This document shows, piece after piece, positions 1 through 14,402 of a stretch of DNA of 64,000 bases; position 1 is the stretch's first letter; the number at the start of each line of letters is the position of its first letter. A program made the translations under genes and the position numbers. The notes under the pieces were generated by a model. It was not told where the DNA came from and did no database searches. It worked only from the letters and a program-made list of their open reading frames with translations. Source of the DNA: Harriotta raleighana (Eukaryota); contig JBNZDD010013683.1 of the NCBI GenBank assembly GCA_050575255.1, positions 2,397,867-2,461,866 on the forward strand. Reading direction: 5' to 3'.

Positions 1-2629
1 AATGACTGAAGCATGGCTACACACCAATAAAGTAGCTCTAGGTGTGGAAAACACAAGCTACTCCCACAAGACACACAAAAGAAATAAAGTAGTCTAACCC
101 TTAAGCCAGCAAAACATCTTGCAGTAGCATATATCCCCAGGAACAGCAAGTTATCTGTGTAAAAATCCACGCGCCTCAACCTGCAGCACTCTTTTTATCT
201 ATTTTTCAAGTCTAGATGATTCTCAAGCTACAGTCAGTAGCAGTGTTTGTCATTCTAGCGACAGGATTTTGTTGGATTCTGACTAAAATGACATTCGCCT
301 TCTGAAGCATAAGTTCTCTAATGATATTTCAGATGACAAAGATCCACACAAAATGGAGACTAGACAGAAGAAGGTGAAAGATGGAATCTGTGAGCGGGAT
401 GAAAGATGGAGCCAAATTGAGAGAATATCAGAAATATTTACTCATGTAAGATGAAAAGCTTCAGAGTTTCTCTCCCCCTATTTGCGAGATTACCCATGAA
501 GTTCCACTGATGCTAACGAAAGAACCAAACGTGAGGCAGGGTCGGACAGCAGGTTAAGCACAAGTTCACCTCTAGGCTTTGAAACAACCCAAGCAAGAAA
601 ATCTGTGCTTTGGACTTTGCACAGTTTCACCTGTATCTAGAGAATGGAAGACCGCAACACAGAACCACCTCCTGTCTAGCAGAAATAGGACTTGATTTGG
701 AGAGTCCTTAAAGATTTTTGGTATAGGGATTGGGGGAAAAAAGTCACACTAGTGACCCAGCAGGTATCCCTGTAGAAATTGAGGAACAAGCCACATCATT
801 AAAATCACTAACGGGAGATTTACCCTCAATTTGACTGTGTTATTATTTTTCGCCTGGGTGGACTTCATACTCTCACTGTTTCCAGTCTCAGGCAGTAACG
901 TTCTTCACCTTGATGAGCTGAGAGTACATGCGAACGATGGTGAACATCATTTAAATCACACTCTTTTTATATAACATAAAACTAGGAACAGGATATGGAA
1001 AGCACTGAGTCCTGTGGCAGGCCTTATCAGCTAGATGGAAAATTCTTAACATTCACTATTTAAGAATTATTATTATTAATTAAGAAACACCCGAGAAGGA
1101 AAACAATTAAACACTTTTATCAAACATACTTATTCACCGGTAGAAGCCTAATTATATACAGTATAAAATCTTAGCACGTGTTCGAGTATAAGGGGAATTA
1201 CACTAAACCAACTTACAACTTCACTTTGTAAAATTACCAAGCTCCAAATTTTTAATACTGTACTGAAGTTACACTTTACGGTGGGTGGTAAATTATTGCA
1301 ATTTGCTTTGAAATGTAGAGTATTAATCAGCATTAAGTTTGTGGAAATCCAATTGGAATTCTTATCCTGCCATCACCTGAAAGAGGTGGTTTTAAGCAGC
1401 AGTGATTTTCAGACTATGTCCTCCCCTCAAGCTATAATTTAAATTTACGTTAAACATAAGCATTCTGAGTCGCAACCCTTCACTAGATAAGTGCAAGTTG
1501 TTGTTGTGAACTATTAGCTCTTTTTAACCCACTCCCAGCGATACAAATACAGTATTAGAATTTGATTTGGGTCTGCTAAGCAAATGCATTCAACTATGAT
1601 TTTATGTAATACACTCAGACCACTCGAGGAAGTTTGTTGCTGATTAGAGTTTCATCTGTCAGTGCCCTAAAGGCGTCTTATAAAAATTGCCTTCTTCACC
1701 TGGCACGACATTCAGTCTGGGAGACAAGCAGAGAATCTTCCCTCAGATTCAGACAAGTTATTAGAAGGAGGTTTGTGTAGGCCTCGCCTCTCTTCTGGAG
1801 GGATAAGTGACTGTGCACTTTAGGAAGGTTTTCAATACCAACACAATGAAGTGGGCTCACTCCGCCATGATGAGAATATGTCTTTTTCTTTTTGAAAAAA
1901 AACTAAAAACCGGTTTGAAATTGTAATGTTGTGTAAGGATCATCATGTCTAACATCATGTTGCTTAGAACGCATCATGTGTTTTGTGGAAATAAGCTATT
2001 TGATTGTTTAAATTGCATCACATATTCCATCCAAACCTCATGAAAAGGATTATGTTTAACATTCAATCTTACCTACTTTAAGAACCCCTATATCATATAA
2101 AACCATACAAAAAATGATAGCCCTGGGTTCAGTTACACATTAAATATGGTTCTGCTTAAAATTCCAGACTTAAGTAAGATTCAGAATACTCTATTTAGAA
2201 TTAAGAAGAAACAAAAACACTCAGTATTTGAAACCTGATGCTCCCATAGGAAATCAGAGGGCCTTAAGTTTGCCAACCGCGTATTGTACCACTTGTATAC
2301 ATTGGAAGACCAGCTACCCACGCACTTCATCCTGAAGTGAATTTCTTCTCAGATGATAAATGTATCTGTTCCCAGCCCAATTATTATCATCAACTCTGGC
2401 AGTTCATTGAGGATGTATTTTCTAGGATATGAAGAAACTCACAAAGGATGGCCTGAACTTCAGATGGAATAAATTGCCACTTAAGAAAAAAAATTGATGC
2501 ACCATACAGTTCACAGAAATCTATTGGTTCGTCTAATTCACAAGAGACTGATTAAAATGCCTGGTCAAATAAGAGATGACATGGAGAGTGCTCTGGTGGA
2601 TGTCAAAGGAAAGTAGGATCGAGCTCAGC

Positions 2630-3040
2630 TGTAATAGGAACATCAGAGCAAGAGAAGGTCATTTAGCCCTTCAAACCTTTCCTACCATTTTCCAGTGGCT
2701 GAATTGCAACTCAATTCCACATCCCGCTGCTCTCTCTCCACATTCCTTGACAACCCTGTCCATCAAGTATTTGCCTTTCAATTCTATTTAAAATAAACTC
2801 AAAAGGCAAATAGCATTTGCCTTTTAAATTTTTCAATTGACTCTGCCTCCACTGTCCTCTGTGGGGGTGAATTCCACACTCATACCACCCCATGTGTGGA
2901 GAAAAAGATGTCCTAATTTTACTTTTGAATGGTTCAGCCTCAAGTTTAAAAGTATGGCCTTTCGTTCCTCGATTCTCTTGCTAACGTGTTTTCCACGTGG
3001 AATATTCTCTAGACACCAGCTGTCTAGACTCGAACATCAA
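2630..3040 (-). mobile_element. CR1-type LINE 3' fragment, degenerate
   Basis: Reverse-strand CR1-like 3'UTR/ORF2 end motifs (agagcaagagaaggtcatttagcccttc...gaattccacactcataccaccc...atggcctttcgttcc). Recognised by eye; boundaries approximate. Confidence 0.6.
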
Positions 3041-4024
3041 CAGCTGCTGGAGAAAGGTAGTTAAAAAAACCTATCATGGAACAGTGATAGAATTCAACAT
3101 CAATTTTAGATGATTTAAAAACATCTGAAATGCTGGGGGACACTATCCTGCATGAGGAGTGCTATATAAATGCAAGTTGTTGTTGATAAAGACCAGTTTT
3201 AACATTGAATTCTTCATGGTAATCTCCCTACACCACTGCAAGATCATGTACATAAATTTAGAAGCAAAGAAAAATATATAGGTTTCAGGTAGATTAATTG
3301 ATTAGCTAAATCACGCACTGCCTTCTACTATATGTTACATTCATCTGTATTCGACTGAAGAATGGATTCTCTGTTAAAGATTGTGCTAAATTAGCTTGCA
3401 TTCGGTTCTCAAGAGGCCAAAAAAACATAAGCCCCCTGGACCTAATTAATCACAATCTCAAACAGAGTGATTCTATCACCATGTGAACTTATGAACTTGT
3501 TTGACTCTCCTCCAACCCCAATACACACATTAACTCTTTACAAGCCTGAACTGTAGTCGCTCTCCTCCGCACGGAGACAGAAGGATTTTTTTTTCGCAAC
3601 TTGTGCTGTATGGATTTCTACGTCTATTGAATATGTATACAAGTAGTTCAAATCCACAAATCCAAAAGGTTTTTCCACATAATGGCACATTCCTTTTATC
3701 TATAGAAAGCACGAAAGTCCTCTTGTTCTTATCCTCCTAATAATTTAGGTATTTGTGGATTATTGATATAGTGTAAGGGTAATCCAATCCTCTTCTATTG
3801 GTAAGTAAAGCTCCCTCTAACAGACAAAAGCAGTACTGCAGCTTTATAACAGCTAGGTGTATTGACTCCAGTAAAGATGATAATCTTTGCATTTCGGTGA
3901 CACAAATGTGAAAGTACTTTACAACATAAATTGTAATCGTCTATGGAAGTCAGTAGAAGCAGTTCATTTAATGAAACTACTCAGAAGCATGCCCTTATAA
4001 CAATGTTACCTTTTACACATGAAC

Positions 4025-4026
<2 letters not shown>

Positions 4027-4060
<34 letters not shown>
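4027..4060. repeat. (TA)n microsatellite
   Basis: Perfect TA dinucleotide run. Confidence 0.95.
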
Positions 4061-4063
<3 letters not shown>

Positions 4064-7000
4064 CACACAGTAGATATTCCCAAACCGTGAAACCTAAAAC
4101 ATGTACATTGACCTGGAAGCCAATACAATTAAATTGATTAAAATTTAGTGCCCTCCTAGTGTCCAACATAGACATTTTTTTTCCAGTATTAAAAGTGTTT
4201 GATATCTGTTTCTATTGAAGTAGGAATACCTTACTAAGTACAGTAGATTCATTTTGATGAGATGTACAAGATCTGGGATCAGTCTCAGAAATATTCAATG
4301 AAGCATTATTTATCCTAAAGTGCTCTATACAGTTAAGAAATAATAAATATGTAGAAAGGCATTAAGAGCAAAGAACTTTACCTAACCACATAATATGAAG
4401 ATTTAGAATATTAAGCTTTGAAATATCTGTTCAATTCCAACTCAGACCGATGAAACGTAAATCTCATCTCTCCAACAGTATAGTATTGAAAGAGAATAAT
4501 CATTTAAATTCTTAACATTAAAAATGGACAGACCAGTAATAAAAATTCCATCATTGATTAAAAATTACTTAATGTTCCCGACTCATCTAAAATTTTCAGA
4601 TTGAGCTCACCAAGAAGGCTACCCATAAACAAGAAGGAATGTAAGAAATACAGTTTTGCAGACTTTACTGGGTAATCTTACGAGCAATTTCTATGCAATA
4701 AAAAAACAGTAATTGGGAGCGAGGGGGATAGCTGAAGTTAAAGAAAGCAGGCACCATGTAAATGGCTATTAGGAGTTTTTTTTAAATTGGAAAACAATAA
4801 GTCTGGAGATCCACAAGGCCCCATAATCTGATAGTGATACCAGTAACAGAGGCAAGTTATTTCAGCTGCTGCAAACATTCGTAAATGGGCGAAAATCTGG
4901 GCCAATATCTGTTTACAGCAGATACTGAGGAAAAATTGCTGCCACCACTTCTCCGTTGGCCCAGGCAGTAATATACCAAAATTGTTGGGAGTCTGTAAAG
5001 CAATACTCGTCTGATTGAATTAATGAGGAGTTTTGTGTCCTTGGTGATCATACACTAAACCAATTAGTGGGGATTTCATGACTATTGTTTCTAGGTTAGA
5101 AAACACTATTTGGCAGAGACATGAATACAATACACAAGGGTGGACTGTAGCAAAATAGTTTTATTTAAACTGGAATGCTGTGGCTAAACGTACTATGAAT
5201 AAGCATGCTACTGAAAGTTAAATACAAGTCCTCCGATAGCCTTGAGGGAAAATAAAATGACTAGTATAGCAGCATGCCATAGAGACTAGTTATTAGATAG
5301 TGGCTCTTCCAGAGACAGAGACAAAGAGAGATAAAGCAAAATGTGGAGTGGTAAAAGAAAATGCAACATCCTATTAATGCCATTTAATATTGTGCAATAA
5401 CAAAGATTATTCGGGGTCAGGGTTTTGCCTAGCTGCTTCTACATTAGTAAATGTAAAACAATATCTAAACAAAATTGTCCTTTCAAAGACAGCAAAAACA
5501 GAAAAAGCTATGAGCATAAAACACAAAATGAAGCACAATTCAGCAACAACTGGCTGTTACTGAACAACTATTCAGAGGCCACCTGCGGATAATAAAGCTG
5601 ATTGTTTCTAAGGTTTAAATCTGCACCTCTCTACCTCCTCCCAGATAACACTCAACTCAATAAAATAGTATCTGACCTTAAAACTATTGATCCTACTCTG
5701 TGAATCAGTACGCAAGTTGCAGTCTTTAAACTTTTAAATAAATGTTGAAACTTGTTAAAAAACTTGATTCACACCTTGACTTATTCTGATTTTTTTTAAA
5801 AAAATCATTCTAACAAATATTCTATCAATAATATTGCAGGGAAGCAATATGAAAGCAGCTTGAACACAAATAAACCTAAGTGCATTAAACAGTAACTCAT
5901 GCCAACGAGAACCCTTACGTACCAATACATACTGTTAATATTTATAACAAAATTGGGAGGAATGAGATGGTGTTGAAAGCAATAGGAGTTACCAACAGAT
6001 AGGTTGGTAAATATTATTTTGCTGAATTGTATTGGCACCAGATTAAATTACAAGAAAAAAAATTAATCCACTATTCAATTAAAATATGCTTCAGGCAACG
6101 AATGACAGAATGGACAAATGATGCCAATTGCATTTATTTATAATGATTGTTTGTAAAGTAATGGAAAATTTCCAAAAGCTTAGCTGTTGCAACAGGTAAA
6201 TTGATGTCTGCTGTCTTGATATATTTCTCCATCACCCTTAAACAATGAGATTTCCAAAATATTGAATTACTAGTGAAATACAACAACCAGTATGGTTCAC
6301 AAATTGATCAAATGCTGAAAGCGACAATTGCCAATCACTGAAATCCCCAGCAACTATTAGTGCTATTTTGATAACAAAAGCAAAAATTACAGCTCTATGC
6401 TGTGCTGTGGATTCAGGCAAATAGAACATTATAAACCAAATCCATTATAAACCAAATCCAAATACCTGGTGATAAGGTATGGACACAATCCAAGGAAATT
6501 CCTTTGGCATCAAACCCCCAATATGCAATCAACAGGCAATATATCAGAAGTCTATAACTTTCTTTTTGAATATGTATTTGCTTAAAACCACTTACCACTT
6601 AATAACACAGTAAAATTACATTTGTAGAGCGCCATCCACATCGGGAGGATGTCCCAAAGCACTGAAGCCTTGTTAATGGATCTTACTGCTTCAGAAGCCA
6701 TGTTCATCGTTTTCTTTGTTTGAACCCAGTGGAGAGAGTTGCAGACTGAAGCACCAGATTGTGAGAGGTCACAAAAACAGCAATTTAGTGTCATGTTTTT
6801 GGACTCCCTAGAGTAAAGGCGTATTTAACAACAACAACAAAAAAATATTTCATTTGTATAGTGTCTTTCACATCGGGAGGGGTCAAATAGCCAAGTGAAT
6901 TATGTTATTGCCTCGCTCAACTGTTGACAAGACCCACTCACCCAACTGCTACTTTCCAAACTGCTGCTTGAGATCACACCAACTCTAGTTAATTAAGTAA

Positions 7001-7133
7001 TTCATTAATTTGAAATCAGAATCAAGCTGCTTAAACTGTCCAAATGAGCCCAGAGTGCAACATTGTAGAATTTAGTCAGCAATTAGCCCAGGCCTGAAGA
7101 ATCAGAATTAAAGCTTCCAAACAATCTAAAAGA

Positions 7134-7154
7134 CACACACACACACACACACAC
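7134..7154. repeat. (CA)n microsatellite
   Basis: Perfect CA run. Confidence 0.9.
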
Positions 7155-8814
7155 AGAGAGTTCAATTATTTTCAGAGCGTTTCTCAGCTTCGGCTTTAAA
7201 GATTTAAAAAAATGGCAAGGCATGATTTTCGTGCTTATTTCACACTTCTACTACTGTACCACAATTTCAGTTGATGAAATGTCTGTTTTGACTAATACAG
7301 GTCATTTCTGCAATTGCAGCGATTGATGGCTGCTGTCCAGAATTAAACACTGTACTAAACTGCTGTTTATTTCAACCGTTCATATCTAATTTATTCCAGC
7401 CGAATGTCTGAAGACCCATGTGGTCGATGAGTTATGTTGTAAATACAGATCTAACTGCAAAACTATCATCAACTCAAATTATTTACATTACAGCACATTA
7501 CTCTTGTGCAGCCAAATCCAACTATTTGGAGAAAAGCTGAGCCAGGCCTAAGGTTATCCTATTTGAATGTGGTTGAACTAAATACATTTAACTGGGAGGG
7601 TGGGGTGGGTGGGGGAAGTAGGGAAAGAGGCAGTTATCAAGAATGAATGCACAAAAAGGACTATTAAAGTGGCCATTGGAATCAATAAGGAAACACAGTC
7701 TGTGATATCTGAGGTCTGGCTAGATTAAGCGCAAACTCAAACAAGCTGAGATCACTTTGCGTCCCATTGATTATGTCAACGAGCTCACTTGACCACTGAG
7801 GAAGGGTAAGTTTTTTTTAAGGAAAAGATTAGCAATTGATTTGTTGAACATCAAAATATAGAATCTATATTGATGGTATAACACAGCAACAAGTATGAAA
7901 GAAAGAAATATTAATAACTAATATTAACAAAGTTCTATTTTTAAATAGTACAACTCTTGAAATGCATTTTGCTCATGCCTTTTCCTAGCAATAAATATTA
8001 CAATTAGTAAAAACAAATCTTTGCAATGCAGTGCATGCATTTAAGTGAACAATCAACCCTGGCTCAGTTGATAAGATCTCAACACAATGATTTTCAAAGG
8101 AATTAGTTTTCGTTTGGGTCTGCTGTGTTTTTTTTTAAAAAAATCTTTGAAATGTTATCAGTTATCAGAAGCTCTATTTCAAGATGTTTTTGCTTAGTAA
8201 AAATGGCAGTGTCTCTTACCAGACCCTGTTAAATGGTAACCAGTAGTTCTATTAACAAAGAAGGGTATGACCCCAGTGAAAAAAAAGTACAGGTCCCTTT
8301 TGAGCAAGATGTAAAGTTACTGACAGCTGGAGCTCCTGCTTGTCAACACTTTAGGACAGTCCCACGCTCTCTCAGGGAAGCATCAGAGAGGATGAAGTTT
8401 CAAACTATTCTTTTGAAAACAAAGCCAAGCACTGACCAAAAGGCTGAAGACCCTTTTGCATTGCATGAGGCTTTGTTAAATGTGCACAATCACAGGAGAT
8501 TTTGATTACTACTTTAGGCTATTTGGGTTCTCTTCACGGATTTCACCTAGATGCGTACCGCCATTCTCTGTGGCAAAGGTCTGAAGTTTCTGCTAAAGTT
8601 ACATATCAAAAACATTTCAAAATCTTTCAATTTACTTTAACTGGTTTGAAGGTATGATTTCCCCATCCTTTATCAGTAAGCTCCATGTCTTGAAATTGAA
8701 ATGTAATTCTTAGTCAGCCAAGTATCTGACTCAGGTGACATTTTACTTATCAGAGTTTCTTATCTCCTAATCCACCCTTCCCTCCGTCCTCAGTTTGGGA
8801 CTGAAACAGTGACT

Positions 8815-8878
8815 GTCCAGCGCCTTGGGACGTGCTCCTGATGTGAAAGGCGCTATACAAGTGTAATTTTGTTGTTGA
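8815..8878 (+). mobile_element. L2-type LINE 3' tail fragment
   Basis: cagcgccttgggacgtgctcctgatgtgaaaggcgctatacaagtgtaattttgttgttg. The same tail recurs at about 20415, 21600, 29091, 30520, 35690, 40730 and 56190. Confidence 0.75.
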
Positions 8879-9453
8879 AAGTGAACTTCAAATAAATTTG
8901 ATAGGTATAATTTCAAAAAAATTACTTTGCAACCGATTGTATCATTCCGTTGTTCTAAATAAAGATGCATTTTAGATAAGTCACAGGCAATAAAATCAAA
9001 TTTAGCAGTTAAGATTACAAGGTCAAACTGGCTGTTAAGTAAATAACAAAATCCAATACAACTCCCAACAATAGATCCCTCTCCACCAACACACACTTTT
9101 ATATTTAATTTACTTTTGGTAAGAATCCTCAGTGCTAACTAGGTAGAAATAAACTTACAGCTGTCTTCACTGTGATTTGGTTACACATTCCTATGTTGAA
9201 ACAAAAATGTGGCCGCGTAAACTCATCACAGTATTTACCTTCAGGGGCTTAATGGTCAAGAGCTGTAGACAATTTTAGTTGTGGGAATTGAGTACATCTG
9301 ATGTAAATGTAGCTTATGTTTACCATCCCAAGACATTATGTGAAAATGATCGAAATCTAGATTCCTGATGGAGCCAGTTGTTACAGGACAAAGCAGAATG
9401 CTATGGCTCATTTATTATCTCCCTTATTTCATTCAATGAGGTTTTCCAATATA

Positions 9454-9722
9454 CAGTAAAATCTTCATTATCCAGCATCCTCAGGAGATGCCGGTTAATT
9501 AAATATGCCGGATATTCGAGCGGCAATTTGCCCAAAATCCTACACAAAAAAGTACTTATTTTAAAACATACCATATTAATAATAGACTAAATAATAACAG
9601 AATATTGTATGGATACCTGCCACGCATGCGCAAAGTGAGCATGTCGCGATACAATTGGATCTCTCAATACAATTGGTGGAGTATGCCGGTTGGTTGGGTA
9701 CCGGATAAACAATGTATGACTG
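9454..9722. mobile_element. Non-autonomous Tc1/mariner (Tigger/pogo-like) MITE
   Basis: TA|cagtaaaatcttcattatccag ... ccggataaacaatgtatgactg|TA. Internal segment shared with the elements at 13354 and 15586. Confidence 0.75.
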
Positions 9723-11407
9723 TAAAGACTTAGCATTAGATAACGCTCTTTAAGTGCAGCACTCATCATTCATCACCATTCGTCAACTTTCAATGGCATC
9801 CTTTTTGTTCGAAACTGTGAACGGAATCAAATAACAGGTGACATAAAATAGAAATAAGTTGGAAGCAAGAAAGGAAGTCAGGGGCACTTTTTCACCCATT
9901 GGATACAGTACTATGGAATAGTAATTGGTGGACTGTTAAGGTATATAGTACAACTAGGCTCAGAAGAGATTTGGTTGCATTCCAGGTGTCAAGTTGAAAA
10001 AATAAACAGGGATTGATCTTCCAAAATATCAAACTAATGTACTAGTTGTACCTAAAATATTTTCCAGACCATTCACTTGCAGTGTAACCCGATTAAGGAA
10101 ATTGAAAGCTATGCATGTAAACCAGGATTTTCAGATACCTCAGATTAAAAATAAAATCGATGTTAAAAATTAAAAAGTTTTTTGGGTGGTGGGGTAAATA
10201 ATCTTTAGATCCTAAAACTATTTACTAAAGCACTGTATCTGCTGGCAAAGTGTTCAGATGGTTCAAAGGTTTGAGTGAAAATGAATCAAGGGTCGAGTGC
10301 AAGTCGTAAATGTAGGTTTTTGCTTTGAGTAAATTAAATGAAGAAAAGGATAATTGCTGTTGAAGGGCATGCAGGAAATGATATGCCAAGAATGGTTAAA
10401 CGAGATTTGTTAGTGGGGAGTTAGGCTCCAGGCCAAATACAGGAATAGGACAATTGTGATTGTCAGAGAATCTATTTATGTTATGATTATTAATGGTGTT
10501 TGAAATCCCACAATGCCTCAGTGGGTAAATGAGCTACAGTGTGAAGTCAAAAAGAACGGGAAAATCTCAAACTTAACATCTTTGTCTTGAAATAGTTGAT
10601 TTCAACCAGAGCGACCACGTGCTCCATTTCTACTCATAGCTACTCCATTTCATTCCCTGTACTCTCGCTAAAGTTCCTCCCTCCGGTTTCCCTCCTGCCC
10701 ACATCACTGAGACAACTCGTGTCAAAGTCACCAATTATGAACTTTCACTCTGCAACCTGTGTCAATTCCTCCTGCTGCCTTTGACACAGGGAACTATTCG
10801 ATCCTTTCATGAATGTTCAAGGATTACAGCGTGGTTCTGTTGGTAATATTCTCACTCTGAGGCAGAAGATTGTGGGCTCAAGCCTTGTGTTGGGACTTGG
10901 ACTATTGTCCAAGCTGACACTCCAACCTTACTTTACAGCTATATATAATAGCTAAAGCTATAGGCTGCCATTTAACTGAGGGCTACCTTTTAACATCCAA
11001 AACTAGATTTCAAGACAGCTTGAAATATTCAAGCAAATGTTATCACCTGCATTAGAGTTTCAAGATTTCACAGATTTTTAAAATTTAAACCAGATATTAT
11101 TGTATTTCAAATTTCTTTCAATACAATGATTAGTGTCACTGTAAATCTCAGGGCAAGTCATTAATTCGTTATACATCCTCGTGCCACTTCATTTGTGATA
11201 TTTAAACATTGGTAAACAAATACTTTCCTAAATGTCATTGACAAGAATTATAGTTAAGATTTTCAAAAATTAATTAATAGGAGCTACCATAAGGTGTATA
11301 TTGAGAAAAATCGACTAAATAAGTAGTCTTTTGACACGCTGAAAAAGGTTAATAAAAAATTGTTTTCATTTCATGTTGATGGCTGTCAGCAGTAAAACAT
11401 TTCAATG

Positions 11408-11520
11408 AATAATAATCCTTGCGTTAGATATTGTGCTTTTCACATCTTCTAGACATCTCAAAGCTCTTCACAAAATATACTGTAAAGTGAATTGACTGTA
11501 TATTTATGAAAGCAAATCTG
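11408..11520 (-). mobile_element. tRNA/Deu-SINE 3' fragment
   Basis: Reverse complement of the SINE tail seen full length at 19409 and 28138. Confidence 0.8.
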
Positions 11521-11645
11521 CAAGAGTCACTTTGAATACTATTTTTTTAAAAAGGCTTCAATAAAATATAATCTTGATCTAAAGATAGCACAATCTTTAC
11601 ATTAAAAACAAATAAATACATGGAAACGTAATGAAAATCCTAATC

Positions 11646-11875
11646 CTAACTATACTTTTTTAATCTTGCTCTAGTCCAAGATGTTCCAACAGTAAGATTA
11701 TCCCTTGGTTTGATGACCACAGATGGCTGTGGCTTATACAGCCGAACTGATATCGATCTGTCCTTCTTAGAAGTTACTTTTCTGTTGACATCTTCTGAGC
11801 GTGGCACAGGAATGGGCTTCCATGGAATTGGATTGCAATAGCTTGGAGTTGGATAAGAACTCCCATCATAATACC
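11646..11875 (-). CDS. CCDC34: CCDC34 last coding exon (coding exon 7)
   Basis: tctag|GG TAT..., encodes (G)YYDGSSYPTPSYCNPIPWKPIPVPRSEDV...TRARLKKYS*. Matches the recalled CCDC34 C-terminal motif SYPxPxxxNPIPWKPI; phase 1 fits the upstream exon. Confidence 0.93.
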
Positions 11876-12854
11876 CTAGAATGCAAGAATCAGAGAATCA
11901 CTACAATGACTATACGATACATTAAAAGAAAAATCAAATACATTCATGACACTAAAGGGAATTTATAGAGAGGTAAGCACCACTCAATTGTATAATCGCT
12001 TATTTTTAGAAATTAAATGCTGGGCAACAAGTTATTGTTTCAATATACAGTACTCTGTCATGGAGCAATTGGATTAATATCTTCGCCCATGAGTGGTTCA
12101 GATTTAAGGATGCTGTCAGGCGAACAATTGTGAAGACTATGTGCTTTCCCAAATTGTTAAATAAATCTCAAATGAATATGGAGCTGAGCAGAAATAGAGG
12201 AAGCGTTGCTTTCATACATCTTAAAATGTGAAGGAAAACCAAATTTTTCCAAAAAACAAAATGGTCAATTTTGTCCCTTCTATGTGCGAGAAATGTAAAT
12301 ACACATTGTGATGCTGTAATGTAAAAACTTCAACCATCAAGCAAGTCATGACCTTTTGAACATCTTCACAAAACTATGATAAACACTGAGATACATTCAT
12401 CAAACTTTGAAGCATGTTAAACAGCAGGCTGGACTGGTTGTTATCAACTAAATAAGGGATGACAGCAGTTAACAGGGGGAAAGCATTGTCACGGGGCAGA
12501 CACTTCGATGAAGCACAACAGCAAAGTGCAGCCAGCAAGCAAAAACAACTGTGATAAACAAATTGAACTAAAGATTGTTGATATGAAACCCAAAATAAAT
12601 ACCAAATACTGAGGCTCAAATAAAAGACAAAACTCTGAAGATTCTATAATATTTGTACAAAAAGTATTTGCAAATACTTGATTGAAATTGATATGTACTT
12701 CAAGAACCAAGTTACCACAAGCCAAAGGGATTGAAGATGATGTCTGATGTGCTGTTTGGATAGATGTGGGAATTAACAGATGCATTCCCAAAGTAAAGTA
12801 AAATTTTACAATTTAATATAACCAGATCATATTAACAATTTTGCCCTTACCCAA

Positions 12855-13000
12855 GCTGTTTGTGGGATGGTGCTGCGCGCAATTGGCTGCTGCATTTCGC
12901 CCACAAATCAACTCACCTTACAATAAATTCTGTGAAGCGCTTTGAGACGTCTAGAAGATGTGAAAAGCTATACACCAAATGTGAAGATTATTATTATTAT
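12855..13000 (+). mobile_element. tRNA/Deu-SINE 3' half
   Basis: gctgtttgtggga..gctgcgcgcaattggctgctgcatttcgcccac...tgtgaagcgctttgagacg...(tta)n. Confidence 0.85.
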
Positions 13001-13036
13001 ATTATTTGCTTTTTTGTGTGTGTGAATAGCACAAAC

Positions 13037-13178
13037 CTGTGAGTTTTCCATTTGCATAACCAAAACTGCTTGGGGCTGTCCGAGGTCTGGTTTGGGCTTT
13101 TTCTAACCACACTTTGAAAACTTGGTTGGCTTTTTCCTTTCTTTCTTGTATTTTAGCTGTTCTTTTTTCTTCATCCTC
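13037..13178 (-). CDS. CCDC34: CCDC34 coding exon 6
   Basis: gtttag|GAG...ACA G|gtttgt. EDEEKRTAKIQERKEKANQVFKVWLEKAQTRPRTAPSSFGYANGKLT(G); GYANGKLTG is as recalled for human CCDC34. Confidence 0.93.
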
Positions 13179-13353
13179 CTAAACACACAAGATAATGAGA
13201 ATACTCTTTGTATGTATAGTTACCATTGTGGATCAGATTCAGAAGGTTCAGAAAAGATTTCCCTCTCCCTTGAATACAAAACAAATTTATAAGGAAGGCA
13301 CTTTTCAACGTAAGAAGGATGTCCCAATGCAAATGTAATGTAAAGTGCAAATA

Positions 13354-14212
13354 CAGTAAAACCTTGTTTATCCATGACTCGAATAATCGGAAAACCCGTT
13401 CAACTGTCACCTCAAAAAAAAGTCCAGATTCGATTAACCGGAAGTTATCCAGTGACGCGTTTAATGTCGGGTCTAAACTCGTTCTGGGTCCCTTTAAAGT
13501 CGCGTTTTTTTTATACCTCATTCGCATGAATTGGAGCATGGGCTCCAAAGGGCGTGTCTCTCTATCTCTTCCCCAATCACAGTCTCTCTCTCTCTCTCAC
13601 ACTCCCCCAATCACAGTCTCTCTCTCTCACACTCTCTCTTCCCCAATCATAATCTCTCTCTCTGTGTTTCTCTCTCCCCGAATCAGTCTCTCTCTCTCAG
13701 TCTCTTTCTGACACTCTCTCTCTCCCAATCACAGTCTCTCTCTCTCAGTCTCTCTCTCTGAGGCTGAGATAGGGGAAAGCATAATGGAGCGAGAGAGAGA
13801 GAAAATGGCAGGCAAGTTGATGCAGAGAGAGAGGGAGGGAGAGAAAGGAAAGGGAGTGGGGGGGTGAGGATTATGGATAAAATTTATATGATGGATTCAG
13901 ACTGAATATCTTTGAGGGTCTGTGTGTGTATCTGTGTGTGTGTGTGCTGGCCATTAGGTCTAAACTCGTTGCTTTTTAAACTCGTTGTTTTACCTCCCGT
14001 CAAATCAGTGCTGCAATTGCGAAGTTAAGTATAAATAATAATGTACTAATAGAATATTCTGTTATTATTTAGTCTATTATTAATATGGTATGTGTTAAAA
14101 TAATTTTTAATTTTTAAAAAATATATATATTTTTAAAATCCGTTCAACCGGAAAAACTTTTTAACTGCCACTGTCCAGGTCCCATGGGTGCTGGATAAAC
14201 GAGGTTTTACTG
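13354..14212. mobile_element. Tigger/pogo-like MITE (859 bp) with 21-bp TIRs and TA target duplication
   Basis: Left TIR cagtaaaaccttgtttatcca and right TIR tggataaacgaggttttactg pair at 20/21; TA on both flanks; internal CT/GA/TG simple repeats. Confidence 0.85.
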
Positions 14213-14243
14213 TAAATAGTTCCCATAAAAAACATAGTTCTAC

Positions 14244-14402
14244 CTTTTCTTTTCTTTTCTGCTCTCTTTCTTGCAGCTTTTTTTTGTTAATCCATTCTTG
14301 AAATTTTTCATTTGCTTTTTCATGTGCTTGTCTCCTTTGTTCGTCCTCAGCCTCTTTAATCTTCCTCTCCTTGCAAAGCTTCAATTTATTTTCCAACTTT
14401 TC
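14244..14402 (-). CDS. CCDC34: CCDC34 coding exon 5
   Basis: ctacag|GAA...AAG|gtagaa, 159 nt, phase 0-0. EKLENKLK...KANEKFQEWINKKKLQEREQKRKEK coiled coil. Confidence 0.92.

Noticed and set aside
1-11400. BBOX1 3' exons expected from human synteny
   Set aside because: No BBOX1-like peptide (for example DNWRLLHGR) in the ORF track or by eye. Short exons could have been missed; TBLASTN would settle it.
13171-13761. 125-130 aa ORFs in CCDC34 intron as a transposase
   Set aside because: They lie largely in the MITE and its CT repeats; no HTH or DDE motif recognisable.
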